From a virus (lineage: Duplodnaviria > Caudoviricetes), in IMG/VR virus record IMGVR_UViG_3300032327_000953, positions 1-64,000 of that record: DNA of 64,000 nt; one strand, given 5' to 3'. Below are positions 18,050 through 28,123 of this stretch, piece after piece. The translations under genes were made by a program, and so were the position numbers. Under the pieces are notes generated by a model. That model did not search any database and was not told the DNA's origin. It worked only from the letters and a program-made list of their open reading frames with translations. How positions within the stretch are numbered: the first letter of the stretch is position 1; every line of letters begins with the position of its first letter.

Positions 18050-20110
18050 CTATGCATCATAAATCCATGTTATACTTTTAGAAAAACGTCCTTCAATCGG
18101 ATTCCAACTTTCGTCATCTGATTTAATATACACCTGTCCTGCTGCAGACCCGTTAATGAATTGTATTGTAGAATCATGAGCGGCCAATTCTGTTAATTTA
18201 ACCGGTGTCCATGTGTCTGGTAATACTGGTCTCATCATATCAACAATATTCATCAAATCCTTATAAATAATACCGCCTGTCCACATTGGACATTTGCTAT
18301 ATCTCATATCGAATTCACCCATTGAACGTGGAATGGGTGATTGAATTTCAATACTAAGTTGTCTAGTTTTGGCCGTTTTAGCCCCAGTATCTTGCAATAT
18401 TGGTCCTCTTTTTCTTCCTAACACAAACATCTCGGCCACAACGTCTGCTGGTTTGGTATCCTGTACACTCATCGATAGTATAGTAGCGCCCTTCAATTGA
18501 TTTGCACCTCTTCTATTATTAAATTCTGCACTATATGTAATAGTACCTTTACTTGGATCACTACCGATAGTCTTATTTACAAATCTTGTATCTAAAATAA
18601 TATTTTCTTTTTTATCCAGATAGTCGCATGTTCCACCATTATTAACTGGATAATTTATTGTAAAATTACCAAGATCAGTAAATTGAGGAGTTTTGCCCTC
18701 CCAGGTTCCCCTATTAGTCTGTTCACTTGTGGTATCTGCCAAGTCTGCTGTATTACCACTTAGTACAGTTGTCGCTCCTTGTATCATATACATTGCTAAA
18801 GAATTACTTCTAGCATATAATAATGGTTCAACATAGTTTCTCCATGCTTCCAAAGCATTACCATATTTAGTACTATATATAGCAGCCTCATTCATATTTT
18901 GTAAGTCTAATTTACTTCTATCCAAACCATGAGTTTCGCTACTATTATAGGAATTGAAAGTTGTTGATCCCAGCATTGATCCTGCTTGCTCATATCCTGG
19001 TCTTTTTATCTCTAATCCTTGAACAGAGCCATTAATTCTTGCAGTAACATTAAATAACATATCTTGAGTAATTTCCACACTATAATCTTCTATATAATGT
19101 GTTGGTTTACTTAGTGCTAGCCAAGTATCAGTTAGCTCATATGAACCATTAGATTCACTAGCGTTAACTGCTCTAACATGATTATATAGATAAATTTCTT
19201 CAGCCTGGGTTTTTTGGCCGGTACTCTGACCTTCTGTAACATAACTACTTTGACCATAACCGGTATTATTGTATGCTAAAAATACATGATTAACATCATT
19301 ATGTGGCATTTTTAATTGTTCTTCAACAAATCGTTTAGCATTATACCAAGCGGAATGATTATGATTTAAACTTGCACCTGGAGACTGTCCAGCATTATAT
19401 TGTCCTGTTGGTGCTGAAAGACCTTGTGCACTTAATCTGTGACTAATCCTAAATTGAAGAATATTATCTAATTTATTGGATCCGGCTGGCCAGTTGGGAT
19501 TATTATCATTGGTATATCTTGGATCATTATTTACAACATCTAAATGATAATATGAAGTATCTTCTACTGGCTCTATTGTCCATTCATCACTATAGCTTGA
19601 TATGGTATATTTTTGAGCATGTGCTAACGAACTATTTTTTGAATGATGACTTTCTAGTTCTATAGAATAGTCGATAGTTTGCACCCAATTATCATCAGTT
19701 TTAGAAATCTGATAACTCTTAACCTTACACATCATCCCCTTACCAACTGCATTAGAAGCGGCCGTAACATTATCGTCCCAATTAAAACCAAATTTACCAA
19801 TAGCAAGAGCAGCAGTGAAATTTTGAGGATTATTACCGGCCTGACAAGATACTACTAATATTCCATCCCTACTAAATAATTGTCTTAATTGTTTTTCGTC
19901 CTCAAGCAATCTGTCCAATCCTGGCCTATGGTTTTGTTCATCAACACCATGTTTATACGCTGTAATTTTACCTTCTATACTAATACTTAAACTTTCTGAC
20001 AAGATATGTACATTAGCACTATCTCTATTAGTAGTTTTACTCATGTTGATAAATGGAGTAGGACCAAATTTATTCAGATCCACCCCATCATACCATATCT
20101 TAACTCCCAT
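18050..20110 (-). CDS. Putative distal-tail / baseplate protein with tandem tube-like beta domains (686 aa)
   Basis: Lies immediately upstream of the hub-like gene. Repeated beta-rich units (YSIELES, SDEWTIE, YELTDTW, ITYSAEF, FSKSITW). SD AGGA. Confidence 0.45.
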   Translation of the reverse strand: MGVKIWYDGVDLNKFGPTPFINMSKTTNRDSANVHILSESLSISIEGKITAYKHGVDEQNHRPGLDRLLEDEKQLRQLFSRDGILVVSCQAGNNPQNFTAALAIGKFGFNWDDNVTAASNAVGKGMMCKVKSYQISKTDDNWVQTIDYSIELESHHSKNSSLAHAQKYTISSYSDEWTIEPVEDTSYYHLDVVNNDPRYTNDNNPNWPAGSNKLDNILQFRISHRLSAQGLSAPTGQYNAGQSPGASLNHNHSAWYNAKRFVEEQLKMPHNDVNHVFLAYNNTGYGQSSYVTEGQSTGQKTQAEEIYLYNHVRAVNASESNGSYELTDTWLALSKPTHYIEDYSVEITQDMLFNVTARINGSVQGLEIKRPGYEQAGSMLGSTTFNSYNSSETHGLDRSKLDLQNMNEAAIYSTKYGNALEAWRNYVEPLLYARSNSLAMYMIQGATTVLSGNTADLADTTSEQTNRGTWEGKTPQFTDLGNFTINYPVNNGGTCDYLDKKENIILDTRFVNKTIGSDPSKGTITYSAEFNNRRGANQLKGATILSMSVQDTKPADVVAEMFVLGRKRGPILQDTGAKTAKTRQLSIEIQSPIPRSMGEFDMRYSKCPMWTGGIIYKDLMNIVDMMRPVLPDTWTPVKLTELAAHDSTIQFINGSAAGQVYIKSDDESWNPIEGRFSKSITWIYDA

Positions 20111-20135
20111 AGTTTATCCTATTATTGGTGTCTTA

Positions 20136-23100
20136 TTAAGTTCTAGACGGTGTTGGGCTAGCTGTTACTGTGCTGGTTGGTGTGGGTGTTGGAAACTGTC
20201 TATTAGGAATAATTAACATATGATTAGCTAAATGACTAATTCCTATATTCTCTAATTGATCAATATCAGTACTAACATTGATGGTTGACCAAGGACCACT
20301 AGCATTTAATGGTAATTCAAAAGGAACAGTTGGTAAGTTAACAGCAGATGGAATATTAATAATAGAAGTTGTCAATGCTGTTCTGCTTGTTATGTTGCCA
20401 GTTTGTCCAAGATTACTTTCTCCCCAAGAATATAATTGTCCGTTTATTGATTTAATAGCAAATGATGTTATACGGCCAGCATAAACTCTCTTCCAATAAT
20501 TACGACTATTATCAGAGTTAACAGAACCAAAGTCTACTTGGGCGATATCTATTTCATTAGGATTATCTGTAATTACCTTTGGTGAGGATATTACTCTGGC
20601 AATTTGTCCGAAGGTATTATCTCCCCATGCCCATAATGAACCATATGAATTATTATTTGTAAACTCTTTCTTAATAGCAAGATTATGATAAGCGCCAGCG
20701 GCAATATCTAGCCAGATATCAGTTTCGATTGAGCGAATTTGAATATCAGAATAGTTATCTTGTAATACGTAAACTTTAATTGGTAGTGGAGCATATGGAA
20801 TAATAGCATCAGCTCTATCTGGTAAATCCTTTTCTCCTATTGATCCAACAGAAGGATAATTCTCTTGTACAACTCTTGCTTTTGCTAATAATGTGCTTGC
20901 TGGCCCTAGACCCAACTGACTAAAATCATTATCTCCCCATACCCACATTTGACCCATAGTATCTAATGCTAGAACATGGAAACGACCCAAACTAACTTTC
21001 TTCCATGAGAAACCTCTGTTATAGCAATAGCCCTTGCCGGGTGGAGGATTAATCATCTTTGGTCTGGTTGTTAAACCGATTCTGACCACTGGTTTATTAT
21101 TCACAATTATTATATCACCAGCATTATTTACATCCTGAATTAATCCCATACCCAATTGACCATACTTATTACCACCCCATCCAAATAGTCTGCCACTAGT
21201 ATCTAAAGCTAATGAGTGAGATTCTCCAGCAAAGATTTTCTTGAATGTTTGATATTCATATGAAGAACCATTACTAAATCTAGTGATAGAGATATACTTC
21301 ATTAATTTAGTATCTAGTGTTGAGATTTGACTATGATCTATTCTGATCTTTGTTACGCCAGTACTAGAAAAATATTCAACATCCAATACCTTAACCTTGT
21401 ACAACAATTCTGGAGATGAATGAACACCATAAATATTAACCAAGCAAGTAGCTTTGTTCGTATTAGTCATGATATTAGAAATATCACCATAAATTGTAAC
21501 AACACTAAATGCTTGTTTGGTTGGTGTTACTGTTGGAGTCTGAGTATTTGTTGGAGTATTTGTTTGGGTGCCTGTTTGACTTGGAGTTATACTTGCTGTT
21601 ACTGATACTGTTGGACTATTTGTTGGAGTACCAGTTCTTGTTGCAGATAGTGAGGCTGTTGTTGATGGGGTCGCTGTTAGGGTAGTTGTACTAGTTGGGG
21701 TTCTTGTGGGGGTTGGGGTTTGTCCAATAGATGCTGTTGGTGATGAAGTTATGCTTAATGTGGGCGTAGAAGTTAATGTGGTTGTTGATGTATTTGTGGG
21801 TGTTAGGGTTTGAGTTGTGGTAGCGGTATTAGTTGGGGTTGAAGTTAAAGTACTGGTTGTTGTTGCTGTCAAACTCAACGTTGGTGTTGGTGTGGGAGTA
21901 GCAAGATAAACAGTATCAGTATCAATGCAGTATCTATATTCTTTATAGGCGTTGATCTTTTTGGGAATTGGATTAGCTAATAGACCCGGATCTGTGTCAA
22001 CTTTGGTCTTGGATGTTATGATAGGAACAACACTAAAGCTAATAGCTTCATAATTTTCCCACTGTAATCTAATTGTTGTTTCACCATTAGCATATGTTGG
22101 AGCTGTCCAAACCTTGGCAATGCTATTAGAGTTAAGAGCACCATTATAATAATCTAATACTACTTCATCATTTAAACTAAATTCATCTCTAACATCATAA
22201 CTAATTTTAACATCATATAAATATAGATCAGAATCAATAGTACTAATAGATTTAATTGGTCTTGGTGGATAATGATTGCCCAATTGAGCATCAGAATTTC
22301 TACCCCAGCTCCATACGTTACCATTTGAATCTAAAGCAAGAGCGTGCATACCACCCAAACTTACCTGCTTAAATACCACTCCATTTAAAGAAGAATCTGA
22401 TAAACGAGTAAACATTGACTTACTCTCAAAATTACCCAGACCAAGCTGACCCCAAGCATTAACTCCAGCACTATGTAATGAACCACTAGAATCAATACCA
22501 ACAGTAAAATTGGATCCTGGAGAAATAGTATCAAAAGTTATGCTATTGGATGTACCATTATCTCTATAATTCAAAATATTCTGATAGTTTGATAATTGTC
22601 CAGTAGTTTGATCAGATAATCTTGGTGGATCAATAAATCTTTCCTTTAATACATAACCCATACCAAGTTGACCATAAGAATTATCTCCCCAGACAACAAC
22701 ATTAGAAACCAATGCTGTTGGTGTTGGTGTTAATGTGGGAGTTCTTGTTACTGTTGGAGTTATGGTATTAGTAACGCTTGGAGTAGGAGTAACTGTCGAA
22801 GTTAAACTTGGAGTTAAAGTTTGTGTGCTAGTTGCTGTTGGAGTAACAGTTTGAGTAGCTGTTAATGTGGTAGTGGTAGTTGATGTGGGCGTAAGTGTTG
22901 GCGTTGTTGACTGAGTTAGTGTGGCTGTGGTAGTCGGGGTTGAAGTAACAGTAGACGTTGGAGTGGCTGTGCCAGTCTGTGTTCTTGTGGGCGTTATGGA
23001 AGATGTGGGTGTTGTTGTTTGTGTTCTTGTTGGCGCGGGAGTTTTTGTTGGTGTTGTTGTTGATGTGGCCGTTAATGTTGGCGTGGAACTATATGTGATA

Positions 23101-23651
23101 GTTGGAGTAACGGTTGGCGTTACGGTTGCTGTTGGAGTAGGTGTGATAACAATTTCTGGGGGAATAATCTTATAAGCATGAAGATCATTAAAAACGCTAC
23201 TATCATCTTTTTTTCCAATTACCCAATAATTATCTGGGCCATAACAACTATCAACTTCTGGTAAACTTCCAAACTCTATTGTGGCTCTGTATCCTGGACC
23301 AACAAGAGTAGGAGAGTATTCTCCAGTATTATTTGTTGTTAAATATGCTACAACCTTATTGTAAGCATCTACCATTACCAATTCTAAACTAGCATATGTT
23401 AATTGAGAATAATAAGGATTTTCAAATTTTGCAGTTTCAATTATGTCTTCATATGAGTATGTGAAATTAGTAAATTCATCTTCCACCACACCAACTTGAA
23501 CTGGAACGCTAACTCCATCACCATTACCATATCCAATAGATAAAGTTATTATGCTATGATCATAGATGTTTCTTAAGGTAAATTCGCCACCAACCCTATA
23601 TATTGTTAATGGATATTTAATTAAATCATCATATTTTACTGCGATTCTCAT
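20136..23651 (-). CDS. RCC1/BLIP-II propeller adhesin with two long Thr/Pro tracts (1,171 aa)
   Basis: Seven (W/A)G.N..(G/S)Q(L/I/T)G-type repeats; T/P tracts at 22716-23148 and 21519-21902. Confidence 0.8.
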   Translation of the reverse strand: MRIAVKYDDLIKYPLTIYRVGGEFTLRNIYDHSIITLSIGYGNGDGVSVPVQVGVVEDEFTNFTYSYEDIIETAKFENPYYSQLTYASLELVMVDAYNKVVAYLTTNNTGEYSPTLVGPGYRATIEFGSLPEVDSCYGPDNYWVIGKKDDSSVFNDLHAYKIIPPEIVITPTPTATVTPTVTPTITYSSTPTLTATSTTTPTKTPAPTRTQTTTPTSSITPTRTQTGTATPTSTVTSTPTTTATLTQSTTPTLTPTSTTTTTLTATQTVTPTATSTQTLTPSLTSTVTPTPSVTNTITPTVTRTPTLTPTPTALVSNVVVWGDNSYGQLGMGYVLKERFIDPPRLSDQTTGQLSNYQNILNYRDNGTSNSITFDTISPGSNFTVGIDSSGSLHSAGVNAWGQLGLGNFESKSMFTRLSDSSLNGVVFKQVSLGGMHALALDSNGNVWSWGRNSDAQLGNHYPPRPIKSISTIDSDLYLYDVKISYDVRDEFSLNDEVVLDYYNGALNSNSIAKVWTAPTYANGETTIRLQWENYEAISFSVVPIITSKTKVDTDPGLLANPIPKKINAYKEYRYCIDTDTVYLATPTPTPTLSLTATTTSTLTSTPTNTATTTQTLTPTNTSTTTLTSTPTLSITSSPTASIGQTPTPTRTPTSTTTLTATPSTTASLSATRTGTPTNSPTVSVTASITPSQTGTQTNTPTNTQTPTVTPTKQAFSVVTIYGDISNIMTNTNKATCLVNIYGVHSSPELLYKVKVLDVEYFSSTGVTKIRIDHSQISTLDTKLMKYISITRFSNGSSYEYQTFKKIFAGESHSLALDTSGRLFGWGGNKYGQLGMGLIQDVNNAGDIIIVNNKPVVRIGLTTRPKMINPPPGKGYCYNRGFSWKKVSLGRFHVLALDTMGQMWVWGDNDFSQLGLGPASTLLAKARVVQENYPSVGSIGEKDLPDRADAIIPYAPLPIKVYVLQDNYSDIQIRSIETDIWLDIAAGAYHNLAIKKEFTNNNSYGSLWAWGDNTFGQIARVISSPKVITDNPNEIDIAQVDFGSVNSDNSRNYWKRVYAGRITSFAIKSINGQLYSWGESNLGQTGNITSRTALTTSIINIPSAVNLPTVPFELPLNASGPWSTINVSTDIDQLENIGISHLANHMLIIPNRQFPTPTPTSTVTASPTPSRT
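21519..21902 (-). repeat. Thr/Pro-rich tract (~128 aa)
   Basis: Direct translation. Confidence 0.95.
22716..23148 (-). repeat. Thr/Pro-rich tract (~144 aa)
   Basis: (T-x)n with recurring TPT, read directly from the translation; GTTGG/GGTGT-rich on the + strand. Confidence 0.95.
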
Positions 23652-26600
23652 TAATCATCCTTTAATAGAATTTGTGGATTTAGAGATGGAATATAGTCTT
23701 TAAATTTTGGCCTAATATTACTTTGAGCTACTGTGTAACCAGCAGCCCACTTATCTGCATAAACCGAATATACTACACTAATATAATATGCTAATGGTTG
23801 CGGGTTTGTTGAGTTTCCTAACATGAAAAGATTATTGTTATTATTAGATAGATCATTACTAGCTAAACAGTATAAATAATTTTCATCTGCTTTAATATTA
23901 TATATGTCTGTCATTCCTGTTGGCAAACTTATTGGGCGACTAATATATGGATTGATATGTAACTTATTATTAACATCATAAGCTCCAATAACATTTCTGC
24001 AAGCAGCAACTTTGGAATATGCTACGCTATCATCAATAAGTGTTGGATTAGGAGCTCCAGCAGTATTTCCACTATACATTATTGGAGTTAGTCCATTAAT
24101 ATTACCAGAAGTACCCTTAGAAATTGTTCCACCTTCCCAAGCTCCATGGATTCTATATAAATATCCATCAGTTTTGATACCAGCCGCAGTAAAGGAAATT
24201 CCTCCAATATCACTCCAAGTATCAGTACCAATTTGAGCTAGAGTATTTGTAAAACTAGCTGATGATCCACCATTAACCATATAACTATTACCAAAAGCCC
24301 ATAATGTTTGATCAATTGCTGATATAGCATAAATATATGGCAGGTTAGAAAAATTATCCCATGTTCCTAATATAAACTTAGATACTAGCAGAGAAGAGCC
24401 TATTCTGGTCCAAGCTCCACCATAAGTTGTTCCACCTAGAGTTACATTATTGTTGAGCGAATTTAATGCATAGAAATATAACTTACCAGATACTGATCTT
24501 GCTGCCAATACTTTATTTGAACTAGCAGCGTAATTTGAATAATTTGATTGAATTTCATCAATAACTTCGCCAGACGGATTATCAATTACTATTGGATTAT
24601 ATCCAGCAATTACAACTTTACCATCACTTAATAAATATGCTATATTGGCACTAGAGCATCTTGCTATTTGTTTTACGATAGCCCCTGATGATTTGCTGAA
24701 TGATCCAGCAACTGTTGTGGAACTCTTATTCCAAGCTGGAACTTGCGTCCAAATAGAAGTATAGTTGTTTGAGTTGCTTGGAGCAAAGCCATACCAATTA
24801 CTGTTATTAGAACTAGCCACCCAAACTGTGCTACTCTTTTCAGCAAGAGTTGCTGCATTAGAATTAACAGGATAAGCATTTTCCGAACCAGATAGAACAC
24901 ATCTATACTGATAGTTATCATAATCATTATTTAGATTACTTAATGACAAAGATGATAATATAGAACCATTTATATTAGACCATGAAGTTCCATTATTGGT
25001 AGAAACTTGCCACTGATAAGTTAATGATGATCCTGATGTTATGTTAGCAGCTACTGAGAATGAAGCGGCACCGTTGTTTGACTCTATTGTACTTGGTTGA
25101 GTATTTATCGATATTACTGAACCACTTCTTGTTGCAGCACTAGCTGTTGGACCAGCATAAACATCTAACCAATAAGAGTCTGGTTGTATTCCAATTGCTT
25201 GTGGAACCGAATAGTCCAAAACTCCACCTTTACCCAATTGATTTTGGCCACCATTACCCCAGGAATATAATTCTCCATCTGTAGTAATACCAACCATATG
25301 AAGATTACCAGCACCTATATGCATCCATGAACCACTAACTTTAACAGGCCCATTACTATCAACTTGACTATTTATTCCCAACTGTCCTTTAACATTAGAT
25401 CCCCAAGAATACAACTCGTTACTACTATTTAAAGCAGCGGTAAAGTTTTGTCCACAAACCACCTTGGTCCAATTACTTCCACTAACAGCAGTAGGAATAT
25501 TCTTAGCTAAATTATCCCCGATTCCCAACTGACCATTACCATTAGCTCCCCATGTATATAGTATTCCGTCTTGTGTTATGGCCGCTGAGTGATTGGCTCC
25601 GCAAGCTATACTAGCTATGTTACCACTAACAGTAATAAAATTACTTGAATTATTATTAGTACTATTACCTAACTGACCATCAGTATTTTTACCACAAGCT
25701 ACTAAAATATTATTTGAACGTAATGCTAAACTATGATTCTCTCCAACAGCAATATCAATATATTCATTAGCGTCAGAAGGAATTAATGTTGGTGTGGTTA
25801 TGGTTGACGTTGTAGTTTGTCCACATTGACCAAATGCATTAGCTCCCCAAGAATATAGTTTTTTAGCAGTGTTTACTGTGGCGATCATCAAATTGTGATT
25901 ATATTTAGTATTAACTTTCACAACATTAGTTGCTCCATTACCAGCACTTTGACTAAATGTGTTGATTCCATAAGTTTCAAGAATTCCTGAGCTATTAACA
26001 AACAGACCATGATTTTGTCCTAAGCTAACTTCTCTATAGATTGTGGAACGATTATTTGTTAAACTTGGAATCGTTGGAGATCCACTATAATTAAGTTGAT
26101 TATTACCATTTGATCCCCATACAAATAAAGCCCCATAATCATCATCTATTGTTAAAACTGCCCGATTACTTGTTACTGGAGTTGAACCAATATTTGAAGA
26201 AACTATAACTCTATAGTGGTAATTATTTAATGCTGATGTTAAACTAGTTAATGAATATGAGCTTGAGGTTGCTCCTGTAATATTACTATATGTGCTTCCA
26301 GCATCAATACTCTTTTGCCACTGATAAGACAAAGTATATATTGTAGCACCAGTTATAGTAGCAACAACACTAAATGAAGCAGCAGCATTAACAGAGGATG
26401 TGCTAGATGGTTGAGTAGTAATAGTAATTTCTGGGGCATTAACAGTTAAAATACCAGCACTACTAGTTACTGGAGATGCATTAGCATTACCACCAACAAC
26501 AACTAAATATCTATATCCATTAGAGGCTGTAGTAAGATTAGTAAGATTCAGAGTAGATGATGTTGCTCCATTAATGTTACTATAAGATGATCCTCCATTA

Positions 26601-28090
26601 GTACTTACTTTCCACTGGTAATTTAATGTTGCATTTGATGGAGAAATATTTGCACTAACATTAAAAGATGCTGTTGTACCAGATGTTGTCACATTTACTG
26701 GGGGACTAGTAATCTGTATTGTTGCTGTTTGAACTGTTAGAACTGCTATGTCACTTGTAACCGGATCAGGAGTATTGATTCCAGATCCTTGTGGCGGTAC
26801 TCCTCCAACGATCACTCTAAACTGTTTGCCAGTATCTCCATTTTGTGGATTATTTATGGTATAAGTTCTTGATGTTGCTGCTGCTATATTATCCCAACTT
26901 GAGCCACCATCAGTACTATTTTGCCACTGATATGTCAACGTTATGGTATTAGGAACAGCAACAGCTGTTACACTAATAGTTTGATTCACTCCAAATAATG
27001 CAAAAATATCAATTAGTGGCTGTGATGTGATACTTAACCCAACCGGTAAATTAGTTGCTGTTGGAGTTGGTGTAGTTGTGAGTGTTGTTGTGGTTGTTGG
27101 AGTAGCGGTCAAAGTATGAGTTGGAGAAGCACTTGGAGGTGGTGGTGTTATGCTTGGTGTTGGAGTTCTTGTTGCTGTTGTGGTTGGAGTAGCTGTGGGA
27201 GTTAGTCCAATTGTTACAGATGGTGTTGGCGTGTTTGTTGGAGTTGCAGTTACTGGACAAGCTTGAATAACTGTGGTGGTATCAAGCCAAAATCTGGCTC
27301 CTTTATGATAAGGAATACCAGGAGAAGCATATCTATTACCATATAGTGGATAAGAACCATCTTCTGTTGTTTCTGGTCCTTGTCTTCCTTGTGGTTTTCC
27401 ATTATGAATCCAATTAATGTATCTTGCTAAATCGCTCCATCCAACATAACTGATAGTTCTTGATACTTGAGCGTCATCATTATCATAGCATCCAAATTGA
27501 TCAACATCACAGCCGTTGATAGTGTAAACATAGAAAAAACCATCGTATGTTCTTTTGATACCGCATTTAATATCAGATTCCATTTCTGGTTTCCACAATT
27601 TATTAATATCATCATATGTGGCAACGCTATTTAAAAATTCTACCCAGTCTCCAACAGTGATTGTGGATTTAGATGAAGCTGATTTTTTATCTTGACTTAT
27701 TTTATAATTGGCCAAATCCAAATATTTATCCAAAACATATGGATGTCTTGTTGGAGTTGGTGTTACAGTAGGAGTACATTGAATAGGAGAGCATCCCACA
27801 TTTTTAACACAAATAATTTGTCTACGCACAGTATCATAATATGGATCAAATAATTCAAAACTAATAAGATAATGATGATTAGGATTATCACTCAAATACA
27901 TCGTTAAATTAAGAGTATCTGTAGGGCTATCTGCTAAAAATTCGCCAGCATTAGGATGAAATATTCCCTTACCCGTATTCATTAATCCTATGGTATAATT
28001 ATACTTTGTCCCAGGGACAAGATCTTGAAGATCGATTATGGCAGATACTTCGAATGGGCAGTCACATTGATTGACGATAATTTCTTGCAT
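23651..28090 (-). CDS. Multidomain adhesin: anchor module, half FGE domain, T/P linker, four Ig-like domains, RCC1 propeller, divergent second propeller (1,479 aa)
   Basis: Four IT.QP...LTYQWQ.S.(D/N)GG.S..NI..AT...YRV copies; seven RCC1 repeats at about 25135-26135. TAATG overlap with the next gene. Confidence 0.8.
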   Translation of the reverse strand: MQEIIVNQCDCPFEVSAIIDLQDLVPGTKYNYTIGLMNTGKGIFHPNAGEFLADSPTDTLNLTMYLSDNPNHHYLISFELFDPYYDTVRRQIICVKNVGCSPIQCTPTVTPTPTRHPYVLDKYLDLANYKISQDKKSASSKSTITVGDWVEFLNSVATYDDINKLWKPEMESDIKCGIKRTYDGFFYVYTINGCDVDQFGCYDNDDAQVSRTISYVGWSDLARYINWIHNGKPQGRQGPETTEDGSYPLYGNRYASPGIPYHKGARFWLDTTTVIQACPVTATPTNTPTPSVTIGLTPTATPTTTATRTPTPSITPPPPSASPTHTLTATPTTTTTLTTTPTPTATNLPVGLSITSQPLIDIFALFGVNQTISVTAVAVPNTITLTYQWQNSTDGGSSWDNIAAATSRTYTINNPQNGDTGKQFRVIVGGVPPQGSGINTPDPVTSDIAVLTVQTATIQITSPPVNVTTSGTTASFNVSANISPSNATLNYQWKVSTNGGSSYSNINGATSSTLNLTNLTTASNGYRYLVVVGGNANASPVTSSAGILTVNAPEITITTQPSSTSSVNAAASFSVVATITGATIYTLSYQWQKSIDAGSTYSNITGATSSSYSLTSLTSALNNYHYRVIVSSNIGSTPVTSNRAVLTIDDDYGALFVWGSNGNNQLNYSGSPTIPSLTNNRSTIYREVSLGQNHGLFVNSSGILETYGINTFSQSAGNGATNVVKVNTKYNHNLMIATVNTAKKLYSWGANAFGQCGQTTTSTITTPTLIPSDANEYIDIAVGENHSLALRSNNILVACGKNTDGQLGNSTNNNSSNFITVSGNIASIACGANHSAAITQDGILYTWGANGNGQLGIGDNLAKNIPTAVSGSNWTKVVCGQNFTAALNSSNELYSWGSNVKGQLGINSQVDSNGPVKVSGSWMHIGAGNLHMVGITTDGELYSWGNGGQNQLGKGGVLDYSVPQAIGIQPDSYWLDVYAGPTASAATRSGSVISINTQPSTIESNNGAASFSVAANITSGSSLTYQWQVSTNNGTSWSNINGSILSSLSLSNLNNDYDNYQYRCVLSGSENAYPVNSNAATLAEKSSTVWVASSNNSNWYGFAPSNSNNYTSIWTQVPAWNKSSTTVAGSFSKSSGAIVKQIARCSSANIAYLLSDGKVVIAGYNPIVIDNPSGEVIDEIQSNYSNYAASSNKVLAARSVSGKLYFYALNSLNNNVTLGGTTYGGAWTRIGSSLLVSKFILGTWDNFSNLPYIYAISAIDQTLWAFGNSYMVNGGSSASFTNTLAQIGTDTWSDIGGISFTAAGIKTDGYLYRIHGAWEGGTISKGTSGNINGLTPIMYSGNTAGAPNPTLIDDSVAYSKVAACRNVIGAYDVNNKLHINPYISRPISLPTGMTDIYNIKADENYLYCLASNDLSNNNNNLFMLGNSTNPQPLAYYISVVYSVYADKWAAGYTVAQSNIRPKFKDYIPSLNPQILLKDD
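24845..27045 (-). repeat. Four Ig-like domain repeats (a fifth at about 29175-29455)
   Basis: Conserved YQW(Q/K), NI..ATS and Y(R/L)V motifs; TGCCA(C/T)TGATA recurs on the + strand near 25007, 26316, 26922 and 29340. Confidence 0.85.
27055..27255 (-). repeat. Thr/Pro-rich tract (~67 aa)
   Basis: Direct translation. Confidence 0.95.
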
Positions 28091-28123
28091 TATGTAAAAT
28101 TCCTTAAATAACTATACCCCAAA

